Positions 26,073 through 30,406 of a stretch of DNA of 30,406 nucleotides are shown here, piece by piece. Position numbers and translations under genes: made by a program. How positions within the stretch are numbered: the first letter of the stretch is position 1; each line of letters begins with the position of its first letter. Location of the stretch: the NCBI GenBank assembly GCA_034722055.1, contig JAYENL010000262.1, positions 32,683-63,088 on the forward strand, given 5' to 3'. The stretch comes from Armatimonadota bacterium. Lineage in GTDB: Bacteria; Armatimonadota; Zipacnadia; Zipacnadales; UBA5352. Below the pieces are notes generated by a model that saw only the letters and a program-made list of their open reading frames with translations, was not told the DNA's origin and searched no databases.

Positions 26073-27107
26073 TCAGGAGGGCAGTTGCAGCGCCGAATCC
26101 ACCTCCGTGTCGAGGTCATCAAAGCCCTCCTGGAGGGCCCGGAAGTGCCCGGCCGCGGCCACCATCGCAGCGTTGTCGGTGCACAGCGAGACGGGGGGGA
26201 AGTACGTGGCGAGGCCGGCCCGACTGGCCGCCTCCCGCATCCGGCGCCGCAGCGTGCGGTTCGCGGCCACACCCCCCGTCACCAGCACCTGCCTCACTGC
26301 CAGGTGCTCCGCCGCCTCCATCGCCTCCCGCACCAGCGTGTCCACCACCGCGGCCTGGAAGGACGCCGCCAGGTCCGCCACGGAGTGCCCGCAGGCGTCG
26401 AGTCCCTCCGGCTCCACCACCCTCACCAGCGCCGTCTTCAGGCCCGCAAAGCTGAAGCGGAAAGGCTCCGTGGTGTCCGGTCGGGGCAGATCCACCGCAT
26501 CTTGGTCGCCGCTCCGGGCGGCCTGCTCGATGGCCGGGCCGCCCGGGTACCCAAGTCCCAGCAGCCGCGCCGCCTTGTCCAGCGCCTCCCCGGCGGCGTC
26601 ATCACGGGTGAAGCCCACCAGCCGGTAGTCACCGAGCCCCTCCACCAGCGCCAGGTCCGAGTGGCCGCCCGAGGCCACCAGCGCCAGCGCCGGGAACTGT
26701 AGCGGCGCGGGCTCATGGTCGTCCAGGCCCAGCAGGAACGAGGACGTCACGTGCGCGGCGATGTGATTGACGCCCACCAGCGGCAGGCCCGTGGCCAGGA
26801 CGTAGCCCTTGGCGGCGCTCACCCCTACCAGCAGCGATCCCACCAGCCCCGGGCCGCGAGTCACCGCCACCAGGTCCAGCTCCGCCCAGCCCGCCTCCGC
26901 CCGCTGCAGGGCCTCCTCGACGACCGCGGTCATCAGCTCGGCGTGACGCCGGGACGCCACCTCCGGGACGATCCCCCCGAAGTGAGCGTGCAGCTCGTCC
27001 TGCGAGGCCACCACGTTGCTGATGATCCGGCGGCCTCCGCGGACCACCGCCGCGGCGGTCTCATCGCAGGAGGTCTCGATGCCCAGCACCAGGCCCTCGT
27101 CACTCAC
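26073..27107 (-). CDS. tsaD: tRNA N6-adenosine threonylcarbamoyltransferase
   Basis: GTG 27107 overlaps the rimI stop. Motifs LGIETSCDETAAAVV, GGIVPEVASRRH, GPGLVGSL, VNHIAAH, SGGHS, TRDDAAGEALDK, FSFAGLKTA, GGVAAN and CTDNAAMV. Confidence 0.97.
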   Translation of the reverse strand: MSDEGLVLGIETSCDETAAAVVRGGRRIISNVVASQDELHAHFGGIVPEVASRRHAELMTAVVEEALQRAEAGWAELDLVAVTRGPGLVGSLLVGVSAAKGYVLATGLPLVGVNHIAAHVTSSFLLGLDDHEPAPLQFPALALVASGGHSDLALVEGLGDYRLVGFTRDDAAGEALDKAARLLGLGYPGGPAIEQAARSGDQDAVDLPRPDTTEPFRFSFAGLKTALVRVVEPEGLDACGHSVADLAASFQAAVVDTLVREAMEAAEHLAVRQVLVTGGVAANRTLRRRMREAASRAGLATYFPPVSLCTDNAAMVAAAGHFRALQEGFDDLDTEVDSALQLPS

Positions 27108-27657
27108 GGACAAGCCGCAGGCTCCTCTCCCTCTCCCACCGCTTCCACGCCCTGTCCAGGCGGGCGCTGCCCTCAGGCTCGCACAGCCCGTTGATGCGGG
27201 CCAGGATGGCGTCCTCCCCGGTGTCCGAGTAGTAGCGCGGGCGGCGGCCGACGCGCTGGAAGTCCAGCTTCCCATACAGCTCGGCCGCCGCCTCGTTGCC
27301 CACGCGGTACTCCAGGTGCACGGCGTCCGCGCCCACCTCCACGGCGGCGTCCAGCGCGCCCAGCACCAGAAGCTCCCCCAGGCCCTGGCCGCGGTGCTCC
27401 GGCGCCACCGCCAGGGTGCAGATATGCCCCTCGCCCATCACGTGCCACATGCCCACAAAGCCCACTACTCGACCGCGGATGGTGGCCACCAGATAGATGC
27501 TGTCAGCCTGCCTCACCTCGCTGGCCAGCAGCGAGCGGCTCCACGGGGTCGGGAAGCTGACCTGTTCGATGGCCGCGATGGCATCCACGTCCTCCCGCTC
27601 CGCCCTCCGCAGCACCACCTCCGTGGGCGCCTCCGCCGCCGTGTCCTCAGCCATCAT
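27100..27657 (-). CDS. rimI: Ribosomal protein S18 alanine N-acetyltransferase (GNAT)
   Basis: IEQVSFPTPWS, GEGHICTLAVAPEHRGQGLG, LEYRVGN and GRRPRYYSDTGEDA, in the canonical position between tsaB and tsaD. The start could be 27654. Confidence 0.93.
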   Translation of the reverse strand: MMAEDTAAEAPTEVVLRRAEREDVDAIAAIEQVSFPTPWSRSLLASEVRQADSIYLVATIRGRVVGFVGMWHVMGEGHICTLAVAPEHRGQGLGELLVLGALDAAVEVGADAVHLEYRVGNEAAAELYGKLDFQRVGRRPRYYSDTGEDAILARINGLCEPEGSARLDRAWKRWERERSLRLVRE

Positions 27658-28378
27658 CCCCACCGCTCAGTCCCAGATCGACGCCGAACTCCCGCTCCGC
27701 CTGCGACAGGCGCACATAGCGCGGCGTGAGCGAGAACGCCGCCTGCCGCCTGTCGGGGCCGGCCCGCCCCGCCGCTACCAGCGCCACATCCCGCGCGCCC
27801 GGCAGGCTCTGCTCCTCCCCACACAGCTCCGCCTCCGGGAGGATGCTCCTGATCGCATCGGCGAACTGCGCCGCGCCGGTGCCGCAGAGCACGTCAGGCG
27901 GCCGGCCCAGCAGCTCCTCAGCGGTGCGGAGCGCCCGCGGCAGCGTCAGCACGCGCGTCTCCTCGATCTCCTCCACTATTCCCTCCTCGCCGATGCGCAG
28001 CGCCGTGGCGTAGACCTCGTCCGCCCGAGCCCGCTGCAGCACACATACCGCGCTCCCCGCCGGCCGCTGCAGCGCGCTGGCGATGGCCTCCGGCGCGGAG
28101 ACGCCCACCAGCGGCAGCTCCAGCGCGTGCGCGATAGCCTTGCCGAGCGCCACGCCCATGCGTACTCCCGTAAAGGAGCCCGGGCCGACGCCCACAGCGA
28201 CGGCATCCAGCTCCGCCTCAGTCAGGTCTGCACCGTCCACCACCGTACGGACGTGCCCCGCCAGCCGCTGGTTGAGCGTCATGCGGCTGGGGAAGCTGCG
28301 CTCGCGGATGACCTCGCCGTCCTCCACCAGCGCGACGCTGCTGGTTGCGCTCGACGTCTCAATCCCCAGTATCCTCAT
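27647..28378 (-). CDS. tsaB: tRNA threonylcarbamoyladenosine biosynthesis protein TsaB
   Basis: MRILGIETSS, AVGVGPGSFTGVRMG and PRYVRLSQAE, plus operon context. Confidence 0.95.
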   Translation of the reverse strand: MRILGIETSSATSSVALVEDGEVIRERSFPSRMTLNQRLAGHVRTVVDGADLTEAELDAVAVGVGPGSFTGVRMGVALGKAIAHALELPLVGVSAPEAIASALQRPAGSAVCVLQRARADEVYATALRIGEEGIVEEIEETRVLTLPRALRTAEELLGRPPDVLCGTGAAQFADAIRSILPEAELCGEEQSLPGARDVALVAAGRAGPDRRQAAFSLTPRYVRLSQAEREFGVDLGLSGGDDG

Positions 28379-28856
28379 GCCGGTCCAGTCGCTCGACCAT
28401 CCGGGCCGGCCGGCACCCCATGCCACGCAGCCGCAGCCGCCGACCCTCATTGGTGTAGTCGATCAGCACCTCGATGCGCTCCTCCGGCAGCGCCTCCGGG
28501 ACGGTGTCCGCCCACTCCAGCGCCAGCACCGTCTCCCCGCGCCAGTCGTCGATCCCCAGCTCAATCAGCTCCTGCGCGTCATTGACGCGATAGGCGTCCA
28601 CGTGGCACAGGGCCGGCTCGCCGCGGTGCAGGCGCATGAGCACGAAGGTGGGGCTGGTGACGTTGCCCGCCACGCCCAGGCCCTTCGCCAGCCCCTGCAC
28701 GAAGACGGTCTTGCCGGCCCCCAGCGGCCCCATCAGCGCCACGAAGTCGCCGGCCGAGAGGGCCGCCGCCAGCTCCGCGGCAAGGGCGCGAGTCTCCTCC
28801 GCGGAGGCGGTATCAACGGTGATCTCAGCGAAGTGAAGGCCCTCCGAGGCTGGCAT
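28359..28856 (-). CDS. tsaE: tRNA threonylcarbamoyladenosine biosynthesis ATPase TsaE
   Basis: Walker A GPLGAGKT, VTSPTF, HVDAYR and LEWAD. ATG 28856 chosen as the start by family length. Confidence 0.95.
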   Translation of the reverse strand: MPASEGLHFAEITVDTASAEETRALAAELAAALSAGDFVALMGPLGAGKTVFVQGLAKGLGVAGNVTSPTFVLMRLHRGEPALCHVDAYRVNDAQELIELGIDDWRGETVLALEWADTVPEALPEERIEVLIDYTNEGRRLRLRGMGCRPARMVERLDRHEDTGD

Positions 28857-28864
28857 CTCGCCAC

Positions 28865-29170
28865 GTAGTTCGAGAGTCCCGCCCGCGCAACCTCCCGCGG
28901 TCGAACGCACTCGGCTCCCAGCGTTATGTGCACGAACCTCGATACGAAACGGCGGATGGGACGCCGCCCTCCATTCCGTATGGAGGGGCCGGACCACTGT
29001 CCGGCCCGCCGTTTCCCTTCCGTCCCGGAGGGGGAGGCGACGGCAGCAGCGATGGCGGGGGAGGCGCTTTACGCAAATAGGGCAAACGGCGCACGGACAG
29101 GACTGTCCGTGCCACGCTACAGATAACGGCATTGGAGGGCGACAAACGCGCGGCGGGCCGACAGCCTGCC
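28865..29170. repeat. Mosaic REP/BIME-like region containing both repeat families
   Basis: 28977-29016 is 38/40 identical to the reverse complement of 3927-3966. A degenerate family-2 unit lies at 28951-28972. GTGG-tagged perfect stem GCACGGACAG-GA-CTGTCCGTGC at 29091-29115. Degenerate family-1 stem at 29152-29170. Confidence 0.8.
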
Positions 29171-29252
29171 CGATGGATGGTGGCCCAAGAGGGAGAGGAC
29201 GGCGACACAGGATACCAGTCCGGCAGCCTCCCTCACGCGTGTGACGCGGGTT

Positions 29253-29281
29253 TTGACTTCCCCGAGCGCCGCTGCTATCAT
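29253..29281 (+). promoter_or_regulatory. sigma70 promoter of rtcA
   Basis: TTGACT (29253-29258), 17-nt spacer, TGn-extended TATCAT (29276-29281). Confidence 0.75.
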
Positions 29282-29301
29282 GCGCGCATGGTGACGGCCC
29301 C

Positions 29302-30336
29302 ATGGTGACCATCGACGGCTCCTACGGGGAGGGCGGCGGCCAGGTGCTGCGCACCAGCCTGGCGCTGTCGGCTCTGCTCGGCCGCGAGCTGCGCATCCAC
29401 AGCATCCGGGCGGGGCGCTCCAAGCCCGGCCTGGCCGCCCAGCACCTGGCGGCGGTGAGGGCCGCCGCACAGGTCTGCAGCGCCGAGGTGGATGGCGCTT
29501 CGATGGGCTCGCGGGAGCTGACCTTTCGCCCGCGGGAGCCGCGCTCGGGGGACTATCGGTTTGAGATCGGCACCGCCGGCGCCACCACCCTCGTGCTGCA
29601 GACCGTCCTGCCTCCGCTGCTCTTCGCAAAGGGCTCCTCGCTGGTGCGGATCCACGGAGGGACCAACGTGCGGTGGAGCCCGCCTCAGGAGTACATCGCC
29701 GAGGTCTTCCTGCCGGCCGTCGCGGGGATGGGCGCCTCCGCGGAGCTGCAGTGCCTGACGCCCGGCTTCTACCCCCGCGGCGGAGGGTGCATCGAGGCCC
29801 GCGTGAGCCCCCTCTCAGGTGCGCTCGAGCCCCTGCGGTGGCGCGAACGCGGCGAGCTGTCCTCCCTGACCGCCTTCAGCGTCGTGGAGGCCCGCCTGCC
29901 CTCGCACATTATCCGCCGGCAGATCGAGGGCGCGCGCGAGGCGCTGGGGTCGGCGGGGATGCGGACGGAGACGGCGCATCCGGAGTCCGCCTCACCGGGA
30001 ACCATGCTGATGATCGTGGCCGGCTTCGAGCGCGGCCGGGGCGGCTTCACCGCCCTGGGCGAGCGAGGCAAGCCCGCTGAGGAGGTGGGCGGCGAGGCCG
30101 GCCAGCAGGCCCGGCGGTTCCTGGACGGCGGGGCCTCAGTGGACTGCCACCTGGGCGACCAGCTTCTGCTCTACGCCGCAATAGCGGCCGGGGAGACGAC
30201 GTACGTCACCGAGGAGGTCACAGAACACCTGCGCACCAACGCGTGGGTGATCGAGCAGTTCCTGGACGTGGATCTCTCACTCAATGAGCGGACGGGCGAA
30301 GTCGCGGTGAGCGGTGCAGGCTTGCCCGCCGCGTAG
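29302..30336 (+). CDS. rtcA: RNA 3'-terminal phosphate cyclase
   Basis: IDGSYGEGGGQVLRTSL, IRAGRSKPGLAAQHL, GTAGATTLVLQ, GGTNV, GFYPRGGG and the adenylated-His motif HLGDQL. Confidence 0.96.
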   Translation: MVTIDGSYGEGGGQVLRTSLALSALLGRELRIHSIRAGRSKPGLAAQHLAAVRAAAQVCSAEVDGASMGSRELTFRPREPRSGDYRFEIGTAGATTLVLQTVLPPLLFAKGSSLVRIHGGTNVRWSPPQEYIAEVFLPAVAGMGASAELQCLTPGFYPRGGGCIEARVSPLSGALEPLRWRERGELSSLTAFSVVEARLPSHIIRRQIEGAREALGSAGMRTETAHPESASPGTMLMIVAGFERGRGGFTALGERGKPAEEVGGEAGQQARRFLDGGASVDCHLGDQLLLYAAIAAGETTYVTEEVTEHLRTNAWVIEQFLDVDLSLNERTGEVAVSGAGLPAA

Positions 30337-30358
30337 CCCGGCTCGGGAGGTGCATGCC

Positions 30359-30406
30359 ATGAGCGACGATGAGCGCAGGGACGAAGAGCAGACGCAGGAG
30401 CAGCCC
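30359..30406 (+). CDS. Start of the next gene (3'-truncated), product unknown
   Basis: SD GGAGG at 30346-30350, ATG 30359, MSDDERRDEEQTQEQP running off the window. Confidence 0.6.
   Translation, partial: MSDDERRDEEQTQEQP

Noticed and set aside
29095..29115. sigma54 promoter (TGGCAC) for rtcA
   Set aside because: The TGGCAC is on the wrong strand, lacks the -12 TTGC and is part of a REP palindrome.
7429..29312. Extended N-termini in the ORF track (7429, 10500, 17240, 19014, 21737, 22597, 25779, 27275, 28450, 29312)
   Set aside because: Downstream starts have SD sequences, signal peptides or family-typical N-termini, while the extensions overlap other genes, promoters or repeats.
1..30406. 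tRNA, rRNA, prophage, IS or integrase
   Set aside because: No cloverleaf or T-loop signatures, rRNA-like tracts, or phage, transposase or recombinase motifs were seen by eye.

Overview
High-GC bacterial chromosomal segment. The many large secreted LamG/DUF1080/DUF6067-type carbohydrate-active proteins suggest Armatimonadota or a PVC-like lineage, but this is inference only. The window holds about 24 CDS: glycan-processing secreted proteins (GH42-trimerisation-domain protein, PL10-like lyase, a three-gene ConA-like/GH operon, a beta-helix protein), a PAP2 phosphatase, an aldehyde dehydrogenase, an exported MsrB, a D-lyxose-type isomerase facing a deacetylase/DegT aminotransferase pair followed by a Gfo/Idh/MocA dehydrogenase, two type II toxin-antitoxin pairs (PIN-type and HigBA-like), a CPA2-USP antiporter, the tsaE-tsaB-rimI-tsaD operon and a divergent rtcA. 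I found no rRNA, tRNA, CRISPR array, transposase or integrase. The least explained signals are non-coding. (i) Two families of REP-like palindromes, including ~45-bp-period arrays whose hairpin stems differ in sequence but stay paired behind a conserved CGTnnGGAG tag, found in several spacers. (ii) A DnaA-box cluster beside an AT-rich patch at 25.8-26.05 kb (candidate oriC or DnaA-titration site), with no dnaA in this window. (iii) A probable leaderless 6-codon uORF overlapping the rtcA start. (iv) A hidden remnant of a third copy of a tandemly duplicated sugar-binding domain. All calls were made by eye; no database searches were run.
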